A DNA stretch of 64,000 nucleotides from Mantamonas sphyraenae STR306 (lineage: Eukaryota > Protista > CRuMs), in NCBI GenBank assembly GCA_026936335.1, contig JAPMXV010000072.1, positions 124,001-188,000 on the forward strand, in the 5' to 3' direction. The notes beneath the pieces are model-generated. The model was not told where the DNA came from and did not search any database. It saw nothing but the letters and a program-made list of their open reading frames with translations. The position numbers and the translations under genes are program-made. Below, piece after piece: positions 33,891 through 47,500 of the stretch; positions within the stretch are counted from its first letter, which is position 1; every line of letters starts with the position of its first letter.

Positions 33891-36800
33891 ATGTCGTCGT
33901 CATCGTCGTCAAGCTTGTCAGTTGCGGATTTGACGACGAGTTTGTCGAGCAGAAGCGGACAGCGGAGCACGTCGACACCACGCAAAGAGGGCCTGAGCAG
34001 TTCTGTGGGACAACGGCTGCCGGGTGGACACATTCTTCCTCCTTCGGACACGTCACTGCGTGGCGGGGCAGGGTCGACGGCGTCGCGTCCGCGGCAAACG
34101 CCGTTTACGCCGCGCACCCCATCGCTGGGTGTTTCGGGCCGAGGCAGCAGGACGAAAGAGACAAGTCAGAGGAGCACAGGCAGCGAGTCGAGCCGATGGG
34201 CCATGGGAAGCCAGCGGGTGGGAGCGGGAAAAGTGTCCGTTGACCCGCATTCCATTCTTCGCTCGGTGGAAGAGAGCGCCTCGCGAATTGTGCACGAGCA
34301 AAGGTCTCAGTCGATGCGTGTGGGACGCAACAGGGACAAAGGGACCAGTAGCATGGTTGGCCAAGAAAGCGGGGGCATGGAGCGCGCTGGAAACGAGTAC
34401 ACACGCACGCTGGGAGCAATGGTGGGCTGGAGCGGCAGCGGCTACGGGACGGCTGTGGCCAACGAGGTGGAACAGGGTGCGGAGCAGGAGACGCAGTACA
34501 AGCACTGGTTCAACTTTCTCAAGGAGAACTACGAGGGACGTCTGGCGTCGCTGTACGAGAGCATGGGCACGCTTGTGAACCAGTTTAAGCAGGACGAAAT
34601 CCTGCTGGCCATGGCTCGGGATCCGTCGACGGCGTCGCACGCGGCGCTGCGCACGGACGAAATCCTGGCCACTGCGTTGCACTCTGAACGGGAAGCGTAT
34701 GTGGGCAGCCTTGCACGGCAGCTTGCGTTGCAACAGGCGGACAACCAGGCATTGCGTGAGGACAAGCGTGTGCTGTTGCAAGCGGTGCAACACAACATTT
34801 CGCAGGAAAACACGGAGAAGCTGATGCTGTCGAAGCAGTTGCAACTGCGTGACAAGGCACTCTTCAGCACCAAGATCAGCCTGCGTGCCATCCTGCAGGG
34901 GTTGGAGGCAGGCACCCTCAGCACCTCGGCCATCATGAATGACCTGTCACAGTGTGTGCAGCTGCTGGAACAGACAGAGGCGTTGGTGTTTCGAGAGGGA
35001 AACAGCAGCAGCAGCAGGAGCAGCATTGGCGTGGATGGACAAGACACGGTTGGATTGGATTTGGGCCAGCAGCACGAGATGCAACGGAGCATCAATGACC
35101 TGCAGGAAAAGCTGCTGGAACAGCAAAAGAGTGTGCTTGCGCTGGAACAGGCGAACAAGGCGCTGGAGGAGCAGTTGGAGGAGCGAGAGGAGCTGCTGGG
35201 TCGCAGCGAAGCGGATCGTGAGGAACTGAAGCAGAAGTATCTGTCGATTGGGGAGCGCATCCACACGCTGATGCAACACGAGGACCAGGACAGCCAGAAG
35301 AGGATGGGGGATGTGATGCGGCAGCTGGAGGAGTCGCGTGTGGAGGCTACCCGGCTGCGTGAGGAGAATCAGGAACTCAAGGAACGGGTGGCTGCGTACG
35401 ATTACGAAGTGTCGCATTTGCAGTTGCAGGCGGAGCATTCGGTGAGTGCGGCACAGCAGTTGAGCAAGTCGATGATCATGGCGGGTGAGCAGCAGCATCG
35501 GGACGAGATGGCGCGGCTGGAGGCGTTGGTGGAGGAGTTGCAGGAGGAGCGCAAGACATTCCAGCAGGTGGTGAAGCAGCAGTACATCCTTCGAGAGGAG
35601 CACCAGCACCGGATGCAGAAGAAGGAACGGGAAGTGGAAATGCGGATGCGGGAGGAAGAGAACGGACGATGGAGCCGATACGAAGAGGAGGCACGTGGCA
35701 ACTCGGAGGCCCAGTTGGCACTCATGCGCAGGGTGGACGAGCTGGAATCGCAAGTGGAGGATGGCGTGCAGGTGCGGGAGCAGCTGATGCAGAAACTGGA
35801 GAGTGCCAACCAGATGTTGGGTCAGGCACGTGCAGATCTGCAGAGCGAACGCAACGCAGCGGCTGCGATGCGCTCCAAGTTGGAGGAGGCCGAGTTTGTG
35901 GCGTCGATGCAGTCGATGGAGTTGGAACGCACGCAGACAGCCACGCAATCGTCGCTGCAGGTGTCGCAAGCCTCAGCGGCATCCCATGCCTCACAGCTGT
36001 CGCAAATGGGCGAACAGATGCAGGCGGCAAACAACTCGTTGCAAATGGAGCGTTTGCGTGTGGACGAGCTGAACAAACGGACGACGCTGCTCAACGTCCA
36101 GCTTCAGGAGGCGCAACACGAGGCCACCTTGCAGCGACAGCGTGCCCAGGACGCTCACAACGAGGCAGCCACGCTGCGCAACGAAATGGGTGTGGCACGT
36201 GGTCAGCTGGAGATGTACAAACAGCGCAACAGCAAGGTGGTGGCCCAGATGCGCGACCTTTTGCTGGCCATGGGACCCACACGCAGGAAGGAGTACCTGC
36301 AGGACCACTCGGTGGAACACGAACTCCACGCAGAGATGATGGATGGCCTGGAGGACGACGTGCGTGCCGAGCAGCAGCAACAGACGAAGCAGGAACAGAA
36401 GAACGAACTCGCTGCAGCGGCGGCGGCGTCGTCGTCGTCCACGTCCACGTCCACCACCACCACACAGCAACACGAAGCGTTGGATCACATCCTGCTGTTG
36501 GGAGTGCGACAACAGTTGCTGGCGCTGCGTGAGCAGTGGAACAAGATGCAGAAGGCGGCCAAGGATGAACAACGGCGGGCGACGTTGTGGATGGAGGAGC
36601 AGCATGAGGAGTTGCGTCGACAGGTGCGTGCGTTTGAGGAACGCAGCGACAGACAGGCGCCTGTGGAGGTGATCAAGGAGGTGGAGGTGATCAAAGAGGT
36701 GGAGGTGGTGAAGGAGAAGCCCCAAACACAAGATTCTGAGCAGGCGACGGCGACCGCGACGGCGACGGCGTTGGCAGAAGCAGAGGCACGTGCACGAGCG

Positions 36801-39800
36801 GCAGAGGGATTGGTGAAGAAGCTGCAAGAGGAGGTGTTGGCACTGGAGGAGCAACAGACACAGATGGCCAGGGAACACCAGGTGGCGGTGGAGAAGCTGA
36901 GCAGGCAGGTGAACGAGGCCATGCAGCTGCAGGAACGCGACTCGGCGGAACAGACGGCCATGTACGACCGTGCACTGCGTCTGGAAATGCACAGGCACAG
37001 ACGGCTGGTTGGGGCGTTGTCAGACAGGTTGCGTCGCACCGGAGGCGACCAGGAACACGGGGCACAGTTGGCGCAGCAGGTGGAATCGACGCTGGCAGCG
37101 TGGCCTGCAGGCAAACTGGCCACGGCAGAGGCACATACACAGGGACATGGCAGTGCGTTGGACGTGGGCGACGTCGACGTTCGCTCGGATTACTTCCACG
37201 AAGCGGCGGTGGCCAACGACACAAAGCTGCTGCACGCCGTGGTGGAGCATCTGCACAACGACGCACCTGCTGCCACGACGACAGTGGGAGGAGGTGGTCA
37301 GAACGACGGCGAAGCGGGTGCGACGGCGGCGGCGGACGACGAGGATACAGAACGGGGGGAGGAGGAGGAGGAGGAGGAGGAGGAGGTGAGCGAACGCGCA
37401 GCCAAGCGACGCGAGCTGACGTTGCAACTGAAGAGGTTGCGGGAGTACCTGGAAGGCGAGGGAGAACGTGAGGAGGGGGATGAGGTGGATGCACGTGAGG
37501 TGTTGCCGCCGCAGCAGGTGGAGGTGGGAGACGAGGTGGCAGAGGCAGAGGGACAGCTGAGACTGTTGCTGGCAGGGTCTCTGGACGGCGTGGACCTCGT
37601 GGAGATGGTGCAGGTGATGGTTGGGTTCATGCGCAGCGCACGTGCGGAACGGCGTGCGTTGGTGGACGAACTGGTGCGTGTGCAGACGCAGGTGACGCTG
37701 GCAAACGAGGAGATGGAAGAATTGAACACGACGCTGAACAACAGCGTGGCGGACAGCGACCTGATGAGCGACCGCATGCAGCAGCAGGCGGACGAACACG
37801 CGTCGCAGCTGCACATGGTGCGCGAGGAGATCGAAGAATTGCAGGCAGCACACCAGGAGCACCTACGTGACATGGTGGAGGAGCGTGAACAGACGTGCAC
37901 TCGCTTGGAGGCGCGTGTGGCGTCGTTGCAGGAGGAACTGGTGGCCAGTGAGACGCGCGGGGCACGGGTGGAGGAGCACCTTGGCGTGCGTACGAAACAT
38001 CTCAAGGCAGTGTTGGACATGTTGGAAGAGGTGGTGGAGCTGCCGGTGGTACTGGTGGAGGGGCTGATGAGCATGGATGTGCCTGTGTTTACGCGTCATC
38101 TGATGCAGCTGCTGGGCACGCTGAACGAGTACATCGGCCACAAGGTGGACGAACAAACGGGACCGATTCGGGAACTGGTGCGCAAGCTGCAACGGGACAA
38201 GGAACGCATGCACTCGGAGCTGTTGACGTCGCCCGGAGCAGGAAAGAGCCCGGCATCGAAGCTGGCGGCACAGCGTGCTGCGTTGGAGGCCAGGTGGGGG
38301 TCATCGAACAGCAGGTGGAACAGATGCGTCAGGCCAACTCGCGGCTGGAGCAGATGCACAGGGCGTTGCAGGGCAACTTTGAGAATTTGAACGAGGCGTA
38401 CGAAACAAAGGTGGCGGAGATGGAGGCGATGAGGAAACAACACCGGGTGGAGTTGGACGTGGTGCGCGAGCAGGCGGCGAACGAACGCCGGGAGAGGGAA
38501 GACGTGCAGGCGGCGCTGGCGGCGGAAAAGCGGAATCACGAACACACGCGGGAACTGCTGCACAGCGAGCAACAATTGAGCGAAGAGACGTCGGCGCAGA
38601 TGGCACAGGTGAACGAAGACCTGCGTCAGATGCGCAGCAATCACCAGGCGCACAGCGGCACGTTTAGTCGCCTGGAACGGGAGCTTGCCAAAGCCTTGCA
38701 GGACAACGCCTTTCTCAACGAACGCCTGGTCAAGTGCGAAGCCAGGCTGCAAGAATTGCGTGCAGAGCAGCGTGTGGAACAGTCACGCTGGTCGACAGAG
38801 GCACGCAAGAGTTTGCTGGCCAACAAGGGCAGTGGTGGTGAGGCCGAGATGGAGCTGTTGCGTGTGCAGCTGATGGAGGCGGAGCATGGCCACAGGCAAG
38901 CGATGGCCAAGGCAGAGGAGGAGCATGCGTTGGAATTGAGACGGCTGCGTGCGAGTCTGGTGGCCGCTGAGGACACAGATGCGCAGGGGCACATCCTGGC
39001 ATTGGCGGAGGAGCTGCATACACTGCGTAAGGAGAAGGAGACGATGCAGGAGGTGGGTGAAGAGCTGATGGAGAGCAAGGAGAAGTTGGAACAGAGGGTG
39101 CCTGTGCTGGAGCGGGAGCTGCGGAAGCAGGAGACGACACGCAGGCGGCTGGTGAAGGAGCTCAAGGCGTTGAAAGCCAAGTTTGAAGAGTGGGAAGGGA
39201 GGGGCGAGGATGCGGCGAGTGTGTTGGAGCGGGACATCGATGCACTGGCCATGTCGATGATGGGCGGGGGCAGTGGCAGTGGCAATGGCAATGGCAGTGG
39301 TGAGGAGGAGGGTGATGGGAAGAACGCGGGTAGCAGCAGCAGCAGCAGCAGCAGTACGGGGGTAAAGGGAAAGGGCAAACGAAAGGGAAAGGGTGCCAGA
39401 AAGGCAGGCAGGCAGCAGCGAGGAGGTGTGGATGAGACGGATGACCAAGGAACTGTGGAGGATGACGAAGACGAGGGTGATGATGAGGACGATGATGGCA
39501 GCAGTGTGGACGATTTGACACGACGGGGAGCGTCGGCATCCAAAGCGTCGATGGTGCAATCGATGATGAGTGGGACGCTGTTTCGGGACCGGTTTGTGAA
39601 GCGGTCGGAGGTGGCACGGATCAGCAGGAGCAAGCTGCTGAAGATGGCGGCTGCGCTGGACATGAAGGATTTGCCATCGCCAAAGATGGACGACAAGGCC
39701 AAAGCGAAGCTGGTGGAACGTGTCATGGCGTTGCACTTGCGTGTGTCGCAGCTGCCTGCAAAGGGAGCCACACACATCATGCGTGCGGCGGCCATTGCCA

Positions 39801-39931
39801 ACCACGTTGCGCCTGCTCCCAGCAAGGATGCCGATCCGTACGTCTGGTTGGCCAACTGGGTGGAGCCAGGCACGGCGCAGAGTGACGATGGCAAGACGGT
39901 GGTCAGCGGTGTGGGCAGTGTGCGTGACTGA
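33891..39931 (+). CDS. Very long coiled-coil protein (about 2000 aa); frame break near 38291
   Basis: E/Q/R/L heptad-rich ORFs 33843-38390 and 38294-39931 overlap and continue with the same composition. Confidence 0.8.
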
Positions 39932-40000
39932 ACGGAATGAACGGATGGAGACGAATGGAAAAAGAGTGGTTGTTGTTTGTGGCTTCGGTTGAGTCAAGCG

Positions 40001-41656
40001 TCAAGCGTCAAGGGTGTGCTGGTGGAACCTGTTGATTGTTGACATCAGACGGTGGGTGGTGGTGGTGGTGGTGGTGGTCGTGTCGGGTTGTTGTTGTTGT
40101 TGGAACTGTTGTGATGTTGGATTGCTGTTGTTGTTTCCGTACCCTGTGTCATTGACGTGGCTGTCTGTGTTGTTGCTGTTGCTTGTGGTTGTGGTTGTGG
40201 TTGTGGTTGTGCTGCCATACGGCTGCTCGTTCTGCTGTTGTGCAGGCGGCGGCGGCGCGTAGTACCCACTGCTGCTGCTGTTGTAGTTGCCATTCACATG
40301 GCCATTGCCGTTGCCGTTGCCATTGCCATCCCCATAGCCATGGCTACCGTTGTTGTACTGGCCACCGTCCGCACCGGAACCCTGCGGCTGACTGCTGCTG
40401 GTGTTGTCGCCGTGGTACACAGCACTGCCAGCACCTGTGGATCCTCCTCCTCCCGCCTCCCTCTCCTTGTCCTCATACCTGCTGCTGCCTCCCCCATGCT
40501 CCTCCCCTCGGTCGTAACGGTCGTAACGGTCGTAGTCGCGACGATCGTAGTCACGTCGATCGTAGTCGCGACGGTCGTCATAGCCGCCGCCGCCTCCGCC
40601 TCCTCCGTAGCCACGGTCGTAGCCACGTGCATACCGGTCGTCGTCGTCGTCACGTGATGAGGAGCGATGGTGTCTACTGTCGTAGGGTCGATGTCCACGT
40701 CCGTGACCTCGTCCACCGCCATAGTCGCCGCCGCGACGTCCGCGGGATGGTAGGCGTGGCTTGTCGTAGCCAAAGAGATCGCGGTGGAGGGAGTTGGGCA
40801 CATACTTGAGGTGCATAAAGTTGCACAGGCCGCCGCGGGAACACACAGAGGTTTCGAATTGTCTGCACCGGGCCTCGCCAAAGTCTGTGACGGGACACAG
40901 TTCGGCGCGCAGCTGGCGGCCGTCGTAGAAGCGGCCATTGAGCGCTTGCACGGCCTTCTCTGCCCCCTCTTCCGTTTCGTACTTCAGGTACACGTTGCCC
41001 AGCAGGTGGTCCGCCACATTGTCCAGCACGTGCAGCTCACGCAGACGCCCAAACTTGTCGCATTCGTCAAACACGTCCTCGTAAAAGTTTTCAAAGTGGT
41101 CGCGCGCGTCTTCCGGGTCCACCGGCAGCGGCTGCCCATGCTCATCCTGTTCTCCATGCACACACACAGACACACACACACACACACGCACGGACATAGA
41201 GGCACACATGTGGACAAACAGGTGAAACCAGGTGTGCGCATCCGTGTGGTCAAACACACACACAACGTGTCAGCTTGTGCGAATCGCTCACCTGCAGCTC
41301 CGCCGATTTCCGGCTCAACGAGTTTTGTCGCTGCGTTTTCCGGCCTGTTTGCGCGCCTGACTTACGTATTTGAGCTGAGGTTGGTACACGTAAAAGTTGT
41401 GGATGAGGACACTCTCGCTAAACTCGGGTTTGTTGTGTCTGCGTCCACATCGGTCGCCGTGCCTGCATGCGCCGATCTTGAAGAAGAACGGACAGTTCAC
41501 TCTGCGAGGTGTTTGGCGTGTCAGGAATTCTCCACACCACACGTAGGGATACACGCGTGCACCACATCCACACACACACACACACACACTCGCTTTTTGC
41601 CTGCCAACTCACTTGTCCTTCTCCGTCCCGTATCGCGATGCCAGGTGTTCCGCCAT
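40001..41656 (-). CDS. U2AF1: Splicing factor U2AF small subunit (3 exons)
   Basis: [34 protein letters not shown]; UHM with FYEDVF and [14 protein letters not shown]; second [23 protein letters not shown]. Confidence 0.97.
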
Positions 41657-41782
41657 GCTCTTGTTTTCGATGGCTGCACAAGTGCACACACATTTGGCAC
41701 ACGTGTCGGAGAGGGAGAAGAGGGAGAAGGATCGCCACCATTGCGTTCATCTGCTTGCCCCATTTGCACGAGGGGTGGGGCA

Positions 41783-44505
41783 ATGCTGAGGCAAAGGGGT
41801 GTGGCGGCGGCGGCGGCGGCTGGGCCAAAAACGAAACCCAAGAGCGCCGATGTTTGACGCCAATGGCAGCGGATCGATGTCGTGGCGGGAGCTGACGATG
41901 CTGTTCCGTGCGTTGGGGTTGCCACATCTGACACGGTCGCTGTTGGAACGCAGCGGCGTGGGGGCGTCGGTGATGAACGTGGGGCTCAGCTTCTCGCAGT
42001 TCCGCAAGCTCACCGAGTCGGACGCCGTCAAGCAGGCCCTCAATTATTCCACCAACAAACACAATGACATCTACAATGTCAAGTGTCTCAACAAGGCTCT
42101 GGAGGTGTTGAGTTCCACCACCCTGGAGTATGTGTTTCTTCTTTTTGTGTGTGTGGTGTGCCTCTGCCCACTCGGCGGGGGCGCCACGACCGTTGCGGCA
42201 GCGCCGCTTTCCCGGCCGACTCCTGCTGCGAAATCTCGCATGCCACTGACACCCCACACTGCCCATGGCGCCGTCTGCACCTATTCACACGCCTGGCATG
42301 CCTCCATCACAGCTTTGATGATCTGCAGGTGGCCCGTGTGGCCTTTACGTTTAGCGAAGGCGAGATCTCCAACGGCATCACCCGCAGCACCAGCGAGGTG
42401 ATGAAATGTCTGGCCGTAAGTGGACAATCAGCCACCCCTTCCCCCCCTTCACCCACACCCCAATCATCATCATCATCCACTGACACACACACACACACAA
42501 ACACACACAGCTGTGCAAACGTGTGCTTGCACCCAAGCGGTTCCAGGAGTGGCGTGCCAATCGCAAGTTTGACGTGCGTTCACGTGTGCAAATGTACGAG
42601 TTCTTCGAACTGGTGGCCATGTCGGACAGCATGGAGTGGCTGGAGGAGAGCGAACGGTTCCAGAACCGGTTTGAGAGGCCGGTGGAGATTGCCAACGAGA
42701 AGTACGAGAACGGAACGTACCGGATTGCGGACGTGGACTTTATGGTGACCCAGGACAAGAAGATGCAAACGGTGATGAACGAACTGTACGAGGAGGCCAA
42801 GGCGGAACAGTTGGATTTGGCGGAACGCGAGGCGGTGCTGAGCAAAACGGGAAAGAAGAAGGAACTGAAAATCACAGAGGATGTGGAGGAGCTGCACAGG
42901 CTGCACGACCAGGTCAAACGCATTGCTGAGCAAACCAGGGAGGACGATGAGAGGCGGCGACGGCGTGCAGAGGAGAGGAAACGCAACGCGTTGCGCGAAC
43001 AGCTGCGTGCGGAAAAGGAGGCGCTGCGCTTGGCCAAGGAGGAGTTGGCCCTGTTGGATGCCCTGGACGAGGACGATGACGGCTTTGTCATCGATCTGGA
43101 CACAATCGATGAGGCCAACCAGGGGTTGCATTTGCTGGAGAACGACGAATTCCAGGCGGCGCTGGCAGGCATGAGCAAGGACGACCAGATTTTCCTGACT
43201 TATGCCGCGTCGCAGGGGTTGGCCTCGTTTGACGAACAGGGCAACCTCCTGCTGGCAGAGGACCTGAAGCGAGAGTTGCAGGAGGAAGGACTCAGTGTGC
43301 CACGCTTGCGTATGCACACGATGCGTGCCAAGAGTGCATCGAGCACGCGGTCGGGTGGCAGCAGTGGCAGTGGCAGTGGCAGTGGGAACGGGAACGGGAA
43401 ACGGGCAAGGCCCATGTCCAGCACAACGACGTCGTCGTCGTCGTCGTCCAGGGGCAGCGCACGGCCAAGCAGTGCAGTGCTACGCAGGGAGAACCTGACG
43501 AGCACGGGTCTATCGTCGCGGGTGGTGATGAAAAAGCAGGCGGAAATGGACGAGGCGAGGCGATTGCAAAGCCGAGCCATCCAAATGGGAGCCACGGCAC
43601 GGGAGCGCTTCTCCACCATCCCCAAACAGCGCAAGGACGTGAAACCGCTGATTCTGCCTGCCTCAACCAAGATGCTGCACCACAGGCCGGTGAGTGCGCC
43701 TGCACCGCGTCCACGCAGCAGCGGTGGTGGTGGGAAACAACAACCACAACGGCGTCCGCGACCACCGACGGTGCAGGGACGCAAGCCCATGGATGACACG
43801 CGGAGGGAAATCTTGGCGGATGGGGGACAGCCACGCACAGAGTACATGGCTGTGGAGGGCCATTCACCGCAACCACGGCACCACACACATCAGCAAGGTG
43901 CACGGCGTCCCATGACGTCGACAGGTGCCAGGAGGAGGCGGCCCATGAGCAGCAGCAACAGCAGCAGTGGCAGCAGCAGGGGTGGCACTGGTGTGGGTAC
44001 AACGATGACCATGGGAACAACGTCGAGAGAAAGTGGTGGTGGTGGTGGTGGTGGTGGTGGCATGACAGTGCGCAGGAGACCGCAGACGGCTCGTCCGGCG
44101 TGGAATAGGAACACAAAGGTGCGCGGAGGCACGTTTGAGGAACAGGCCATGTACAGGGAGAAGGAAGCCATGTCGTTGACATCGGACACAGGGTCATTGT
44201 TGCCATGGGGTGGGCAACGACCGAGCACGGCGGGCAGCATGGGAAGGGCATCCACCACAACGGCGGTGGCCAAGAGGAGGGGCCAAAGTGCATCTGGGGC
44301 ACGGTCGATGACGTCGTCACGCTCAGCCAGCAGACTGTTTCGCGTGGAAGAGCTGACGGTGGCAGATCAGAAACGCACTTGGAGCGCACGGGAGACACGT
44401 CGTGTCAGCTCGGCACGACCCTACAAGCGGCCGCCGAGTTCGAGGGGAAGGATGGAGGGCGAGTACGAACGGCTGCAGGCGTTGATTGGGGAAATGCGTG
44501 GGTGA
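41783..44505 (+). CDS. EF-hand, coiled-coil and RPxSA-rich protein (introns about 42128-42312, 42416-42510); start 41783 via a frame break, or 41850
   Basis: EF loop DANGSGSMSWRE; phase-compatible GTATGT..CACAG and GTAAGT..CACAG introns; repeated RPMSS, RPSSA, RPVSA, RPQTA motifs. Confidence 0.65.
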
Positions 44506-44584
44506 GGGTGAGGCGCTGGGGCGCTGCTGCGCGTTGGCGCCAAAATCAACGGTTGTCAGGATTTCGAAATTTTGAATCACGAGG

Positions 44585-47500
44585 ATGGCCCAGCGTGTGC
44601 AGAGAGGACAGCAGCGGGGCAGCAAAGAGATGCGCAGTGCGATGGAAGAGGATGTAGTGGACGGATCCAAGGAGAATGCAGTGGAGAATTCGCAGGCAGT
44701 GCGCCGTAGCAGACGGGCAAAGAAAGCCGTCGCGCGGTTGGGGATCGGAGGCGCGGAACGGGTGGGAAAGGGTGGCACGAAGGATGAGAGCAAAGATGGG
44801 TCGGATGAACAGGGTGGGAAAATTGTGGAGGAAAGTGTGATGACACGCAGCAGTCGTCGCAGCAAGCTGAAGGCTGTGGAAGCGTTGAGCGGGCTGGGCG
44901 GTGCCAGGCGAAAGAACAAGGCGACCAAAGAGGTGGAGGAGCGTGGGGTAGAGGAGCGGGAAGAGGAGGAGGAGGAGACGGAAACGAAGGAGAATGAGGG
45001 TGGGGAGGAGGTGGTGGAGGAGATCGAGGAGGAGGAGGAGGTTGGAATGGCACGCAGTGCACCGAACAAGTCATTGCCAAGCAAGTTGAAACCTGTGTCA
45101 GGAATCAAGGCTTTGCAAGGTTTGGGTGGGGCCAAGAGAAGGAACAAGGAGACAAAGGAGGTTGAGGAGCGTGGCGTGGACGGGGATGTGGAGGAGGCAA
45201 CCGAGGATGCGGCGGTGGAGATTGGGAACGAGGAGGAGGAGGAGGAGGAGGAGAAGGTGGAAGAGGAAGGAAGGAAGCGAGGGGACCGTGCACTGCCTAA
45301 CAAGCTGAAGCCAGTGGCAGGGATCAAGGGGATCAGTGGGTTGGGAGGAGCCAAGCGCAAGAACAAGGCGACAAAGGAGGTGGAGGAGCGTGGGGTAGAC
45401 GAGCGGGAGGAGGAGAGGGATGAAAAGGAAGAGGAGGAGGATGAGGAGGGTGTGGACGATGGGCAAGGCGAGGAAGGTGCGCGGGAGGAGGGCGAGGAGG
45501 AGCCTGTGCTTGTCACGCGAGCAAGCAAGGCCCTGCCGTCCAAGTTGAAGCCTGTGGCAGGGATCAAAGGTATCAGTGGACTGGGTGGAGCAAAGAGGAA
45601 GAACAAGGAGACGAAGGAGGTTGAGGAGCGTGGCGTGGAGCAGGAGGGAGGGTTGGAAGAGAGGCAAGAGGCGCTGGAAGAGGATGGGGAGGAGGAAGGG
45701 GAGATTGTGGAGATGGAGGAGACAAAAGTGAGGGAAGAAAGGCACACGGGACGCTCGTTGCCTGTGAAGCTGAAGCCTGTGGAGGGGATCGGTGTGCAGC
45801 TTGGCGGAGCGATGCGCGCAGGACGCAACGGCAAGGCGATCGCAGGGGAGACAGAGGAGATGGAGGATGGAGACGACAAAGATGCAGATGTGATGGAGGT
45901 GGAGGTGGAGGAGAAGACGTTTGTGGAAAAGATGAGGCCGAAGAAGATGATGGGAACCGGGTTGAGCGGCGTCGGGAGGATTGGAAGGGAGGAAGAGGAG
46001 GAGATGCTGGAAGAGATGCTGCGCAATGTTCAGAAGGAGGAGGAAGAGGAGGCAGCAGCGGCAGCAGCGGAATTAGAGGCGGAGAAGGCAAATCGAAGGA
46101 TGACGAGCGCGGAGAAGGCGCAGATGGAGGCGTTGGAGGCATTTGGTGGAGCTGGATTGGGTTCACTGGAGGTTGCGAGCAAGCAAGAGGGTTCTGCTGG
46201 TGTCAGCGAGGAGGGGGAAGAAGTTGTGGAGAGGAGGCTGACCAGAGCCGAGCAGGCAAGGTTGGAGGCACTGCAGGCATTTGGTGGGGCTGGGCTGGAG
46301 TCGCTGGAGGTGACAAGCACAAAGAGTGTGGGTGTGGATGGTGAGGGGGAGAGTGGACAACAGGAGGAGCAGCAGCCAAAGAGGCTGACCAAGGCTGAGC
46401 AGGCAAGGTTGGAGGCACTGCAGGCATTTGGTGGAGCTGGGCTGGAGTCGCTGGAGGTGACAAGCACAAAGAGTGTGGGTGTGGATGGTGAGGGGGAGAG
46501 TGGACAACAGGAGGAGCAGCAGCCAAAGAGGCTGACCAAGGCTGAGCAGGCAAGGTTGGAGGCACTGCAGGCATTTGGTGGAGCTGGGCTGGAGTCGCTG
46601 GAGGTGACAAGCACAAAGAGTGTGGGTGTGGATGGTGAGGGGGGAGAGTGGACAACAGGAGGAGCAGCAGCCAAAGAGGTTGACCAAGGCTGAGCAGGCA
46701 AGGTTGGAGGCATTGCAGGCATTTGGTGGGGCTGGGCTGGAGTCGCTGGAGGTGACAAGCACAAAGAGTGTGGGTGTGGATGGTGAGGGGGAGAGTGGAC
46801 AACAGGAGGAACAGCAGCCAAAGAGGTTGACCAGAGCCGAGCGGGCAAGGTTGGAGGCACTGCAGGCATTTGGTGGGGCTGGGCTGGAGTCGCTGGAGGT
46901 GACAAGCACAAAGAGTGTGGGTGTGGATGGTGAGGGGGAGAGTGGACAACAGGAGGAGCAGCAGCCAAAGAGGTTGACCAAGGCTGAGCAGGCAAGGTTG
47001 GAGGCATTGCAGGCATTTGGTGGGGCTGGGCTGGAGTCGCTGGAGGTGACAAGCACAAAGAGTGTGGGTGTGGATGGTGAGGGGGAGAGTGGACAACAGG
47101 AGGAGCAGCAGCCAAAGAGGTTGACCAGAGCCGAGCGGGCAAGGTTGGAGGCACTGCAGGCATTTGGTGGGGCTGGGCTGGAGTCGCTGGAGGTGACAAG
47201 CACAAAGAGTGTGGGTGTGGATGGTGAGGGGGAGAGTGGAAAACAGGAGGAGCAGCAGCCAAAGAGGTTGACCAAGGCTGAGCAGGCAAGGTTGGAGGCA
47301 CTGCAGGCATTTGGTGGAGCTGGGTTAGAGTCACTGGAGGTGACAAGCACAAAGAGTGTGGGTGTGGATGGTGAGGGGGAGAGTGGACAACAGGAGGAAC
47401 AGCAGCCAAAGAGGTTGACCAAGGCTGAGCAGGCAAGGTTGGAGGCACTGCAGGCATTTGGTGGAGCTGGGCTGGAGTCGCTGGAGGTGACAAGCACAAA

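Noticed and set aside
38285-38300. Programmed -1 frameshift in the coiled-coil gene
   Set aside because: No X XXY YYZ slippery heptamer; a single missing base (GCC CAG GTG) explains it
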